Of a DNA stretch of 64,000 nucleotides, positions 12,100 through 23,615 are shown piece after piece. The stretch lies in assembly GCA_030390025.1 (NCBI GenBank), contig CM059431.1, positions 102,984,001 to 103,048,000 on the forward strand, read 5' to 3'. Every line of letters starts with the position of its first letter. The first letter of the stretch is position 1. Origin of the DNA: Squalus acanthias (lineage: Eukaryota). The notes beneath the pieces were generated by a model. It ran no database searches. It saw only the letters and a program-made list of their open reading frames with translations, and was not told the origin of the DNA. The position numbers and the translations under genes are program-made.

Positions 12100-12670
12100 A
12101 CAGGAAGCAATGAGATCGCTGATCGGGAGTGGATTTTTTAAAGGGCGCGACTGCTGCCGAACGAAGCGGAAGTCATTGCGCCTGCGCTTTTCCAGCGGGT
12201 TCATTTTTTGTTTTCTGTCACCGGGCTTCCCAAAATGAGGAATAAAGAAGCGGATATAAAAAAAAAAAAAAAAATCTTGTTCAGTTGTAGTTTAATTTAT
12301 TAATTGTGTGAATTGCGGTATTTATTCAGGTATCAGCCACTTGTTTGCGCACTAAGTTGTGGTTGGTCAGAGTCGGCAGTTAGTTTGGCCCCAGCTCCGT
12401 CTACTTTGACTACGGGAGAGTTGGGTTTGTTAATATTTCGCAAGTTACTTTGCTGAGACTAGAAGCGTTCGGAGATTCCTGCAGCAGTCGTGGGGACGGT
12501 AGATCGGGAACCTCTAACATTAATGAAACTTTATTAGTGATGTTCTTCAGCACTTCTCCGATCCTCCCTCTGTTGTGGTGACCGCTATTTAAAAAAAAAT
12601 TTGCGACCCGACAGTGAGGCGCAGAATGCTTCTGTGCAGCTTCCGGTTCGTTGTCAGGAGTCACGATGTT
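12100..12670. promoter_or_regulatory. CpG-rich promoter-like region with ETS and NRF1-like motifs
   Basis: GCGGAAGT 12166-12173 next to TGCGCCTGCGC 12177-12187; cttccgg at 12641. Confidence 0.5.
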
Positions 12671-12679
12671 TTTTTAAAT

Positions 12680-13126
12680 GATATGGCACAGAAGGAGGCC
12701 ATTCGGCCCATCGTGCCTGTGCCGGCTCTCTGAAAGACCTCTCCAATTAGTCCCACTCACCCCTGCCCTTTCCCCATAGCCCTGCAAATTTTCCCCCTGC
12801 AAGTATTTATCCAGTTCCCTTTTGAAAGTTACTATTGAATCTGCTTTTGTTATTTGGCTGAGGAATAAATATTGGCCCCAGGACAACTCCCCAGCTTTTC
12901 TTCGAAATAGTGACCGTGGGATCTTTTACGTCTACCTGAGAGAGCAGACGGGGCCTCGGTTTAACATCTCAACCAAAGGACGGCACCTCTGACAGTGCAG
13001 CACTCCCTCGGCATTGCACTGGGAGTGTCAGCCTAGCTTTGTTATGCTCAAGACCGTGGAGTGGGACTTGAACCCACAACCTTCTGACTCAAAGAGCGGG
13101 TGTGTTACCCACTGAGCCACAGATGA
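12680..13126 (-). mobile_element. CR1 tail (12680-12846) adjoining DeuSINE 5' half (12846-13126)
   Basis: Similarity to other copies in the window. Confidence 0.8.
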
Positions 13127-13201
13127 CACTTGGGATGTTTTATTATGTTAAAGGCGCTATTTAAATACAAGTTGTTGTTGTTGTTGTTGATCGGCATTTA
13201 C

Positions 13202-14006
13202 AGGGGGATTTTTAACCTAAGAAACGGGTGGGTTCGGAACGTGGGGATAGTTAAATTGTTAAAAAATCGGAATCCCGACCTGATTCTGCCTCCAAGCCAC
13301 CCACTTCTGGTTTTACTGGGGGCGCGAGGACGGGGGCGAGTGACCAATCTGCTCCCAGGGGGCGGGATGTCAATTTAAATATTATAATGAGGCTGGAAGC
13401 CTCTTTTTTAACCTCCATTTTGTTTTTAACTGCACGTGGACGGGTTTTACACACTTCGTAAAACCCAGCAGTTACAGCAAGGCGAGGACTGCTGCATCCA
13501 GGAGGTAAGTGCCTTTATACCTACCTCCTGGATCCAGGGTCCCTGCCTAACCCAGCGCCCCCCCTGCGATCGGAGACCCCGCTCAGGCCTCCGACCACCC
13601 CCCCCCCACCAACAGGCATTCCCAACCCCCCCCACACCAGCACCCCAGCGATGATGCTGAGGCCCGCCACGATCTTCCGGTGGCCGGCCTCAAGCCTCCC
13701 TTCACCGCTGCCCCCATCATCCAGCCCCGATCCTCTCTCTCCCCCCCCCAGATCCTCTGCCTAAATCCCCCCACCCCGAACCAGTTAATGGTCCGGACCC
13801 CCACGCAGATTTTCCTATTAGTCTCTGTGCAGCCGCAAGGCCTACCCGCCCGCAGCCAGTCAACCTCTCAATCCGGGAAACCGAGGCCTCGCGTGCAAAT
13901 CAGGCCCTGCCATTAAAGTCGGCAGGCCCTGTTTCCCGACTGCCACGGAGGCCCCCCCCCCCAACCCTGCCCCCCCAACCCGCCTTCCTCCTTAAAATTC
14001 CGGCCG
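13202..14006. mobile_element. Harbinger-type MITE, degenerate TIRs
   Basis: agggggatttttaa ... ttaaaattccggcc. Confidence 0.5.
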
Positions 14007-14223
14007 ATGAGATAGCAAAACTCAAAAAAACAATGCTTTTCACCTGCACCCAACTCCAGCCCTGCTAAATCCTGATTGCCTTTTTCTTTGGATTTAGCCA
14101 GTTTGTGCTTGTTTGGTGACTGTCGTGTGGAATTGCCTCGCTCGCTTCAAACTGAGGGGCTGAAGTTGAAAGCCTGTAGTACTTTCTTGCCATATTACTA
14201 AGTTCCTTGTTTCTATAATCAAC

Positions 14224-15007
14224 GGCCCGGATTTTGCTGTGGCAGGGCATCTAACTGCGTCTGCCGTTAGTTAGACTCACGCTTGCTCGTTTAGGTTTAT
14301 TAAATTTTTTGCGTGGCAAGTTGTTGAGAGTGCGAGCTGATAACGGCGCGGCGATGGGGAAACCGGGCAGGGCGAGCAACAGGGTATCTCCTTCACCAAT
14401 CAGATTGAAGGCTGGTGAAATTAACAGGGGCAAGGACTGAGAAAGAAGTGTAAGTTGGAGTGGGTGAATTCAATGTCAAATCAGGTACAGAAAAAGAAAT
14501 AAAGAGAGGGAAAGAAAGATTGGATTAAGAGAGAGAGGGGAAAAAGAGACAGAAAGGAAAAGAAAAAAAATGAAAATTTAACATTTGACATTTAAAAAAA
14601 ATCTCCAACAACAATTAAAACCTGAAGGAATGAGACTCCAGACTTTGAATAGTTAATTTTCAGTGCCAGAGCAGTTGATTGGCAGCAATTAACAATCATC
14701 ACGTCGTTAAAAGGGTACTTACGGTTGTAATGACTTGACTTAACTTTCTGTGGCGACTTTAGTTCCTACCTACTGCGCATGTACGGGAACATCACGCCAC
14801 TCGATACATTTCAATAGCGAGTCAGGCAGGCGGCGAGATGTCATTTTCGCGAAGCTAACGGCGGAGCGGCGCAACTCGGACAGCAACTTTTGGATTTCCA
14901 CGTTGAACCGCGCGTCTGCCCCTCGCCTGAAGTCGCTGTGGCAGTTGTGCGTAAATAACGGCGAGCGCCGTTAGCCTCCCCGGTATTTTGACAGCAAATT
15001 CTGGGCC
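14224..15007. mobile_element. Harbinger-type MITE
   Basis: 17-bp TIR ggcccggattttgctgt / acagcaaattctgggcc; flanks AAC/AAT. Confidence 0.75.
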
Positions 15008-15689
15008 AATATTTTACACTTCTCCACACTGAATAGCTGTGCCTTTAATATATATATGTTCAGGCAGGACTAGTTCACTGAATTTTTGATTTTTGTAGCG
15101 TTGATCGATACTTTTGGAAAATAAATTTCAGTAATAATTTATACTCTCCATCTTGCCCGCTGATTTCTGCAGAGAAGATTGGGGTAGAACAGCTAAATTA
15201 GATGAACTCCCCTTCCGTTGCCTCCTTCCTTCAGGCGATTCGCTAACATTCGTGCGTCTGCAGCAGGGCTCAGGAGTACACAAGGTCAGCTGTCCCCGTC
15301 CATGATAGACCGACAAACTTTAATTGATGTGCAGCAAGCAAAAGCATGTCAGTTTTGCCTTGCCTGAGATGGAATGGCTTACTGTAATGCAGCAATCAAT
15401 GTCACAACTTGGCGAAGGTCTAATGAAACTCAACCAACTTGAAGTAAATGGATTGCAGGAAATAACAGATAGCGCTCCCACTTGAACCCATGACCTTCAT
15501 GTCTAAATGCAAGCCCTTTAACATTCGTGGTATTGCCCTGCGTCTGTGAGGATGTTTTTTTTTTCTGCATTGACCCAATTCCACTGAGTGTAGAATTTAG
15601 CTACTTCTTTTTGGAATAGATTTGCTATTTTTTTCCCCCTTGGCATTTTTTTTTTTGTTAGTTTTTTTTTGTTTTCTGTGTCCATCAAG

Positions 15690-15944
15690 AATATTTCTGT
15701 TACTTCCTCCGAAAAGCTCGTTACGTCCGCGATCTGCGGTGCTGTGTGGTCCAGTCCCAATGGGCTTTGGAGGATCCTGGTGTTTTCGGTTTGTTGTCCA
15801 TCACACAGTGAGGTTTTTCGCCAAGCCTTCCTTTCCTTTCTTCGCGATAGCAGAATTCACGCTGCGCTTATGTTGTTGGGAAATAGTGACGCCGGCAGCG
15901 GCGGAACTCAGTTGAAGCTTTTGTAGCATGGAAACTGAAAAATG
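15690..15944 (+). other. Candidate exon of an unidentified transcript
   Basis: Long T tract plus AG at 15688-15689; CpG-rich body; ends AAAATG|GTAAGT. Confidence 0.4.
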
Positions 15945-15967
15945 GTAAGTCAGGAACTTGATTAATA

Positions 15968-16232
15968 TCATAGAATCATACAGCACGTAAAGAGGCCATT
16001 CGGCCCATCGTGCCTGTGCCGGCTCTTTGAATGAGTCCCACTCCCCCCCCCCCCTGCTCTTTCCCCGTAGCCCTGCAAATTTTTCCTCTTCAAGTATTTA
16101 TCCAATTCCCTTTTGAAAGCTACTCTTGATTCTGCTTCCACCGCCCTTTCAGGCAGCGCGTTCCAGATCATTAGAATCCTCTGTAAAAAAAAGTTTCTCC
16201 TCATCTCCCCTCTGGATCTTTTGCCAATTACC
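15968..16232 (-). mobile_element. CR1 3' fragment
   Basis: MRRNFF...WNALPERAVEA; tcatagaa tail. Confidence 0.85.
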
Positions 16233-16512
16233 TCAAGCTTTTCCATTGTGTTTTTATTTATTATAAGTAAGATAAATGATACTTCAGATGTAAATGGTGG
16301 CATTGTGTTCTTCGGTCCACTAATATGGTAAATTGCCCTGCAATTGCTCATTTGCTGGCCTCCCTGCTCATGGAATATAAATTGGAGCTCATAGGTCTCC
16401 CTGACAGGTCTATCTCTCCTGGCCTCTGTGTTATGTTCTGTTGCCATTTTACACAGCCATTCTTCCCACTTGGCCTCTTTTTTTTAAATATCTGATTTCT
16501 ATGCCCTCCCCG

Positions 16513-16975
16513 TCAGGTAGAACTCACTCTCCTCTGAGTCAGAAGGTTGTGGGTTCAAGCCTCACTCCAGGAGACTTGAGCACAAAAATCTAGGCTGACA
16601 CTCCCAGTGCAGTACTGAGGGAGCGCCGCACTGTCGGAGGTGCCGTCTTTCAGATGAGACGTTAAACCGAGGTCCTGTCTGCCCTCTCAGGTGGGCGTAA
16701 AAGATCCCACGGCACTATTTCGAAGAAGAGAAGGAGAGTTATCCCCGGTGTCCTGGACCAACATTTATCCCTCAATCAACATCCCTAAAAAAATCGGATG
16801 ATCTGATCATTATCACATTGCTGTTTGTGGGAGCTTGCTGTGCGCAAATTGGCTGCTGTGTTTCCCACATTACAACAGTGAGTACACTCCAAATGTCCTT
16901 CATTGGCTGTAAAGTGCTTTGGGACGTCCTGAGGTCGTGAAAGGCGCTATAGAAATGCAAGTCTTTCTTTCTTTC
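16513..16975 (+). mobile_element. Near full-length Deu-domain SINE
   Basis: B box ggttcaag; Deu core ctgtcggaggtgccgtctttcagatgagacgttaaaccgagg; L2-type tail aaaggcgctat..aaatgcaagt. Confidence 0.88.
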
Positions 16976-17687
16976 AATGTCTTATTCTGTATTCTCTCCA
17001 CCACCTTCTAAGTTTAACAGGAAAACCACATTTATATCATAATTGTTCTCACTCCAATCATGCTTTTGCACAAACGAAGGCAACAATTTTTTTTTTCTTT
17101 CGCTTTATGTTTCTTTGAAAATGCTGTTACTGAGAAATAATTACTGTCAGAATATTCACCACGAGCACCCTTAGCCTGAGGGACTGAAGTTGGCTCTTCA
17201 CGTGATACAAAACCTTGAAAGAGATTTGAAAGCGTTGACATGACAATAATTACACTTCCCTGGGTTTTTTACATTGTCCCTGGGTACACTGCCACTGATT
17301 TCAGTAAGTTTCCCACTCTGTATTGATCAGTCACTTGTTACTTTGAGGTCGGTCTGATATGTTGAAAGTAAATCGTTTGGAGTGCCAGTGCTAAGTTAGT
17401 AACTCAACCATTTGACAAGAGATTTATGAGCTATATATGAGCTCCCAGATTATTTCTGCCATATTCATATTGAAAGATTGTTTGACTTAATTTTTTGGTG
17501 AATGATAAAGCAACAGTGATTAGATAATGGTAGCCTAGTGGTTATGTTTCTGGACTAGTAATCCAGTAGGCCTGGACTAATGATCCGGAGATGTGAGTTC
17601 AAATCTCCACCACGGCAGCTGGGGAATTTAAATTCAGTTAATTAAATAAATCTGGAATAAAAAGCTAGTATCAGTAATGTTGACCAT

Positions 17688-19256
17688 AGCCGAGATTTTC
17701 CTTACCTTGGAGGGTCCGGGGCGGGCGATGTTGGTGGTGGGTCGCGGCCCCGCTGCTGGCTCCATCCCGCTCTGGGAAATGAATTGACCTTGATTGGGCT
17801 TGTTAAGCCCCGACCAGCGCGTTACCCGGCCCAATTAGAGGAAGCGGGTCCGGTGACGTCATTCATGACGAGTCATCAGCCGGTTTCCTTAAAGGGACCA
17901 TGGCCAACTTTATTTTGATGTTTGTGCTGTCAGTGTTCTACAGCATTGGAGTGCTGCAAACACTGACAATCACTGCACAGAGGCAGAGGGCTGCACCCGG
18001 GTTCTCCCATGACTCCCTTCATATGCTTATGGAGGGAGTCACAGCACGCAGGGAGGTCCTCTCCCCTTCCGATGGGTGGAAGAGACCTCCCCAGGAGATC
18101 AACACAGCCTGGTTGCACATTGCAGAGGAGGGCACAAGCAGGGATGTGGTCAGGAGGACCTGGGTGCAGTGGCGCAAACCTTTCAATGATCTCATTAGAT
18201 CACGAAACATTAGTACAAAGCCACACTCAACCTCATCCTGCTGTGCCTCTCATCACATCCCCATCACTCTGCCTTCCCTACCCTACTCCTGCACATCCTT
18301 ACTCACACCAACTTACCTTGCACCTCCACCCATCCCTCTCTATCTACATTATCACTTCCCCATCTCACTAGCCACCCCTCACACTCACCCTCATGCTAGT
18401 GCAATCATATCAACTAACAACACACAAGGGTAGCCACTTGGGTGTTTTATCCAATGTTTGTGTAAAGTTTCTATTAATGTGCTGTCAAACATTGAAATCT
18501 TTATTTGCATCATGTGGCAGCCAGGGTGTACAGCATAACGTTAAGTAAATCTGGCCATGATGAGGCCATCCCTGGCCTCCCGGGCAGCAATGTGCTCGGG
18601 TGCTGATGCCCTCTGTCCTGTGCAGCATCAGGTGATTGCGGAGAAGGTTGGTGTTGTTGTTGGTGCTGCTGGTGTGCCTGGTGCTGCTGGTGTTGGGGCT
18701 GATCGTGGTGGGATTCTGAGGACCAAGGTGAGAGAGTATAAGCAGTACCCATGCTGATGGAATAGATGGCAGGTGAAGTACAGATGACAGAAGCGATCTG
18801 TCAATGGTGAGAGAGGTAATGAGGTGAGACTGGATGGAGACTTGTGGAAAGACTTGCAGCATTCTGAATCTGTTGTGGAAATACAGTGAGGAACAGCTTG
18901 TGGTCAGGTGGGAGCTTTTACTGTTCATTTGAAGGTGTCAAGTAATCAGCTGGAGCAATGGCCACTGATCTCCCGCCTCAGGTTGACAGACGTGGTCACC
19001 GAACAGTGTGGTTCCTGTGGCCATGAAGTTAAAGTTTAAAAGTAAGGTTAAGGGTCTGGTAAGTACATTATAATGAGTTTAATTGGGTCGCCCGCCACTG
19101 CCTGTCGGGTCTGCTCAGCGCTGACAGACCCGACATTGTGAAAGGCACGTTGCGGTGGGTTGACAGCGGGTTCCTGACCTGTTGTCAAAAAAAATAACAC
19201 ATTCCCACCCGACCTGCCACCAATCCCGCCCGCTGACACCCCGGAAAGTTCCGGCC
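17688..19256. mobile_element. Internally deleted PIF/Harbinger transposon
   Basis: TSD CAT (17685-17687, 19257-19259); TIR agccgagattttc / gaaagttccggcc; Myb/SANT exon on +, transposase-like ends on -. Confidence 0.8.
17968..18205 (+). pseudogene. Myb/SANT-like DNA-binding domain (Harbinger partner protein, NAIF1/MSANTD-type), degenerate
   Basis: RAAPGFSHDSLHMLMEGVTARREVL...AWLHIAEE...RRTWVQWRKPFNDL fits the F-S/W/RT.QC.K.W.DL trihelix pattern. Confidence 0.75.
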
Positions 19257-19535
19257 CATGTAACTACCGGATTGGCGTAAAAACCCATCTGGTTCAGTAA
19301 TGCCCTTTATTAGGGAAGGAAATCTGCCATCCTTACCTGGTCTGGCCTATATATGGCTCCAGACCCACAGCAATGTGGTTGACTCTTAACTGCCCTTTGA
19401 AATGGCTGAGCGAGCCACTCAGTTAAGGGCAATTTAGGGATGGGCAATAAATGCTGGCCTTGCCGGCGGCGCCCACATCCCGTGAATGAATAAATTAAAA
19501 AAAATAAAGAATGTAAAATTTAGTGGCTATCAGAA

Positions 19536-19940
19536 GAACATAAGAAATAGGAGCAGGAGTCGGCCATTTGGCCCCTCGAGCCTGCTCCGCCATTTAATGA
19601 GATCATGGCTGATCTGATCTTGCCCGCTCCCCATAACCCTTGACTCCCTTATCGTTCAAAAATCTGTCTATCTCCACCTTAAATATATTCAATGACTCCA
19701 CCTCCACAGCACCCTGGGGTAGAGAATTCCAAAGATTCACCACCCTCTGAGAGAAGAAATTCCTCCTCATCTCCGTTTTAGATGGGCGACCCCTTATTCT
19801 GAATGTGCCCCCTTGTTCTAGATACCCCCACCAGGGGAAACATCCTCTCAGCATCTACCCTGTCAAAGCCCCCTCAGAATCGTATACGTTTCAATAAGAT
19901 CACCTCTCATTCTTCTAAACTGCAATGGGTATAGGCCCTA
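19536..19940 (-). mobile_element. CR1 3' fragment
   Basis: KTEMRRNFFSQRVVNLWNSLP; aacataag tail. Confidence 0.88.
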
Positions 19941-20829
19941 TGGGGTGTTCAAATCCTGAGGAACAGATAATAGCTGTAAGGCCAACTAACAAGCGTGCAC
20001 AGACGCAATGGTGAAGGGGATTGGAAATAGTTTATCTTCCTCACTCTACTAAAAGTCATTTTTTAAACATAAAGGTTTAGGATTTCCAATTTGGGCCCAG
20101 TCTGGGCGCAAATTGCGCTCAAATTTGCACTAGTTTTCCACAGTCAAGCTACGGTTCCAGTTTCCGCTCCAGTTAACTTGCATAATCGCAAACATGAAAG
20201 CTTCCATGAACCAGCGCAATCGGGCAGCGGCATAGAAGGGAACTGTTTATTTTTTTCCCCTTGCATGTGTAAGACGTTCTGATTGTCTGACAGTTTACAG
20301 AGTTCAGACCCGCGGAACAGACAACACAAAACCCAATGAATCTGTGAGACTTCTTTTTACTTAAAAAAATCAACAAGAGGTTTCAAGTAATTTCCAGAAT
20401 ACAAACTTGTACTCAATTCATGTGCTTATCACAAGCAAGCATCTAAAATCATTTACTTTAAGCTCAGGCGATTATAAGCAAAACCACATCCGTTACTATT
20501 CACCAGATGAGGGGTCAATTCAACGATGAACTAGACGTAGACTAACTTTAACTGGCAACTGACCAGGTCACCATCGTCTATAGCCCCCGCTGCAGCCCTG
20601 AATGTTTTGAAACAGCACCTTTTATACCCACTGACGTAAGAAAACTACTCGGCACTTGGTCTAAGCATTAAACAAAGCTTTAATCAACTGTTTTACAACA
20701 TGGAGGTCTAGTTGTGTCCTGCACTGGTTCCTGTTAAGAATGTCCTGCGCAAGCTGGGCCCGTGCCCGAGTATTTATACTCTCCCTGGACAGCGCCACCC
20801 GCAGGCCACTCAGTATTATTTCATAAATG

Positions 20830-21366
20830 TGAGAAGTCGCACAACACCAGGTTATAGTCCAACAGCTTTATTTGAAATCACAAGCTTTCGGAGCGCTGCT
20901 CCTTCATCAGGTGAAGTGAAGAGATGCATATAGACACAGCATATATAGTCAGAGAACACTGCCAGATGATTACAGTTAATCTTTCCAACTGCCCTTTATC
21001 ACACCTCGGCAGAGAGATAATCACGGCAATCACAGGTGTGGATGGTGTCCAAACAGGTCAGTCAGGAAAACATTACATCAAAGACAATGAGGTGGGGTCA
21101 CAAGGGGTCAAATGTGGCAGATGCTGGGGTCTGTATGGAAAACAAAAAACTTTTTTTGCTGGAAATCACAACAGGTCCGGCCGCATCTGTGCAGAGAGAA
21201 CAAACCAACGACGACTCGAGTCTGGATGACTCTACGTCAGGTGGGGTTACATGTAGCGTGACATGAACCCAAGATCCCGGTTGAGGCCGTCCTCATGGGT
21301 GCGAAACTTGGCTATCAGTTTCTGCTCGATGATTTTGCGTTGTCGTGTGTCTCGAAGGCCGCCTTC
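20830..21366 (-). mobile_element. Penelope-like element 3' end (family A)
   Basis: GGLRDTRQRKIIEQKLIAKFRTHEDGLNRDLGFMSRYM* (GIY-YIG C-terminus) plus terminal repeat. Confidence 0.85.
20878..20914 (-). ncRNA. Minimal type I hammerhead ribozyme motif
   Basis: TCAC-CTGATGA-A-GGAGC-AGC-GCTCC-GAAA-GC-TT-GTGA. Confidence 0.8.
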
Positions 21367-21395
21367 AAATCTTTACTTGTCTTACTTCTGCTTCT

Positions 21396-21855
21396 GAGTG
21401 TCAGCCGTGGCTCAGTGGGTAGCACCCTCGGCTCTGAGTCAGAAGGTTGTGGGTTGAAGCCCCTCTCCAGAGACTTGAGCACAAAAATCCAAGCTGACAC
21501 TCCAGTATAGTGCTGAGGGAGTGCTGCACTGTCAGAGGTGCCGTCTTTCAGATGAGACGTTAAACTGAGGCCCCGTCTGCTCCCTCAGGTGGATGTAAAA
21601 GATCCCATGGCACTATTTCAAAGAAAAGTAGGGGAGGGTTTCCTGGCCAATCATTCCTCCCTTAACCAAAACAGATTATCTGGTCATTATCACATTTCTG
21701 TTTGTGGGAGCTCGCTGTGCGCAAATTGGCTGCCGCATTTCCTACATTACAACAGTGACTGCACGCCAAAAAGTACTTCATTGGCTGTAAAGCGCTTTAA
21801 GACGTCCAGTGGTCGTGAAAGGTGCTATATAAATGCAAGTCTTTCTTCCTTTTCT
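21396..21855 (+). mobile_element. Full-length Deu-domain SINE
   Basis: Head gtcagccgtggctcagtgggtagc, Deu core, L2-type tail. Confidence 0.88.
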
Positions 21856-21895
21856 TTTTCCTCCTGGCACTCTTTGTCTCGTTCGGAGAATTGAA

Positions 21896-22237
21896 ACATA
21901 CGATACAGCACAGAAGGAGGCCATTCGGCCCATCGTGCCTGTGCCGGCTCTTTGAACGAGCTCTCCAATTAGTCCCACTCCCCCCTGCTCTTTCCCCACA
22001 GCCCTGCAAATTTTTCCCCTTCAAGTATTTATCCAATTCCCTTTTGAAAGTTACTATTGAATCTGCTTCCACCGCCCTTTCAGGCACGCATTCCAGATCA
22101 CAACAACTCGCTGGGTAAAAAAAATTCTTCTCATCTCCCCTCTGTTTCTTTTGCCAATTACCTTAAATCTGTGTCCTCTGGTTCCCGACCCTCCTGCCAG
22201 TGGAAACAGTTTCTCCTTATTTACTCTATTAAAACCC
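21896..22237 (-). mobile_element. CR1 3' fragment
   Basis: KLFPLAGGSGTRGHRFK...FKRELDKYL. Confidence 0.85.
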
Positions 22238-22632
22238 ATGTTTAAAAATGGTTGGATGAAAACCAGCTGTTTTCTAGCAACTGAGAGGACATTGAAGACT
22301 GACATCGCAGATGTGACCAGGCCAATCTTTGACGTGAATCTGTTCATCAAAACATGAAAGGTGCTGCCGAATGCGTCATTTGGTGCCCCATGATTCCCAT
22401 AGGCATCAGGACAAGTACATTTATTTGCTGCATTGAAAGAATGAGAGTATTTGATACAATCATTAGGACCTTACATTCAAAAGGATGGACAGTACTGTGA
22501 TTACTTCAGCACTCAAAATGTTGTCAGAAGGATAGAACCGGGCCTGTTGTTATTACAGAAAAGATTGAGAGGGAATATGATCAAGGTGACTGGACAATGT
22601 GGGCTTTGAAAGTTAAACTGCAGTCGAATATT

Positions 22633-22920
22633 TAACACAACAACTTGCATTTATACAGCGCCTTTAACGTAGTAAAAATATCCCGAGGCACTTCACAGGA
22701 GCGATTATCGGACAAAATTAGGGCCCAGGCAGCTGAAGGCGCGGCCGCCAAAGAGGCCAGAATTGGAGGAGCGCAGAGATCTCGGAGGGTTGTAGGGCTG
22801 GAGGAGGTTACAGAGATAGCGAGGGGGGCGAGGAGGCCATGGAGGGATTTCAACACAAGGATGAGAATTTTAAAATCGAGGCCTTGCCAGACCGGGAGCC
22901 ATTGTAGGTCAGCGAGCACT
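22633..22920 (-). mobile_element. L2 LINE 3' fragment, internally deleted
   Basis: LQWLPV..LDFKILILVLKSLHG; (TTG)n tail. Confidence 0.8.
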
Positions 22921-23048
22921 TTAGAATATAAAATTAGCAAACCTCAATCAAGGGTAAGGGTGGAGATAAAAATAACTATTTTGGAATAGTGAATAAAAAA
23001 AAACATTTGGAAATGATTCTTACCAAGTTCAGTTAACACTGTGGGAAA

Positions 23049-23542
23049 AGGTTCACGAGGTTGATTCCTGGGATGGAAGGGTTGTCTTATGAGGAAAGGT
23101 TGAGCAAGTTGGGCCTACACTCATTGGAGTTTAGAAGAATGAGAGGTGATCTTATTGAAACATATAAGATTTTGAGGGGGTTGGACAGGGTAGATGCTGA
23201 GAGGATGTTTCCCCTCGTCAGGGAATTTAGAACGAGGGGGCATAGTCTCAGAATAAGGGGTCGCCTATTTAAGACGGAAATGAGGAGGAATTTCTTCTCT
23301 CAGAGGGTTGTGAATCTTTGGAATTCTCTACCCCAGAGAGCTGTGGAAGCTGAGTCATTGAATATATTCAAGGCGGAGATGGAGAGATTTTTGAGCAACA
23401 GAGGAGTCAAGGGTTATGGGGAGTGGGCAGGAAAGTGGAGTTGAGGCCAAAATCGGATCAGCCATGATCTCATTAAATGGGTTCGAGGCTCGAGGGGCCG
23501 AATGGCCTACTCCTACTCCTATTTCTTATGTTCTTATGTTCT
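23049..23542 (+). mobile_element. CR1 3' portion
   Basis: ORF 23061-23444; cttatgtt tail. Confidence 0.9.
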
Positions 23543-23615
23543 AAAAGATTTCCTCAGTTTTCTATTTGTAGTGAGAATGTAAATGTATGTGTTTACACTA
23601 CAAATAGGAAACAAT

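Larger units (their letters stand above)
17529..19505 (+). mobile_element. tRNA-derived SINE split by a Harbinger element (17529-17687 plus 19257-19505)
   Basis: A box tagcctagtgg, B box gagttcaaatc; tail shared with the LINE at 1-258. Confidence 0.8.

Noticed and set aside
11454..12110. 218-aa ORF and overlapping Pro/Gly-rich ORFs
   Set aside because: Stop-poor GC-rich MITE sequence, no domain
17032..17241. 69-aa minus-strand ORF as a host exon
   Set aside because: No recognisable family or clear splice signals
20632..20823. Short solo LTR (TG..CA, minus-strand TATAAATA and ATTAAA)
   Set aside because: No TSD and no second copy in the window
21396..21475. tRNA genes
   Set aside because: A/B boxes belong to SINE heads; no complete cloverleaf
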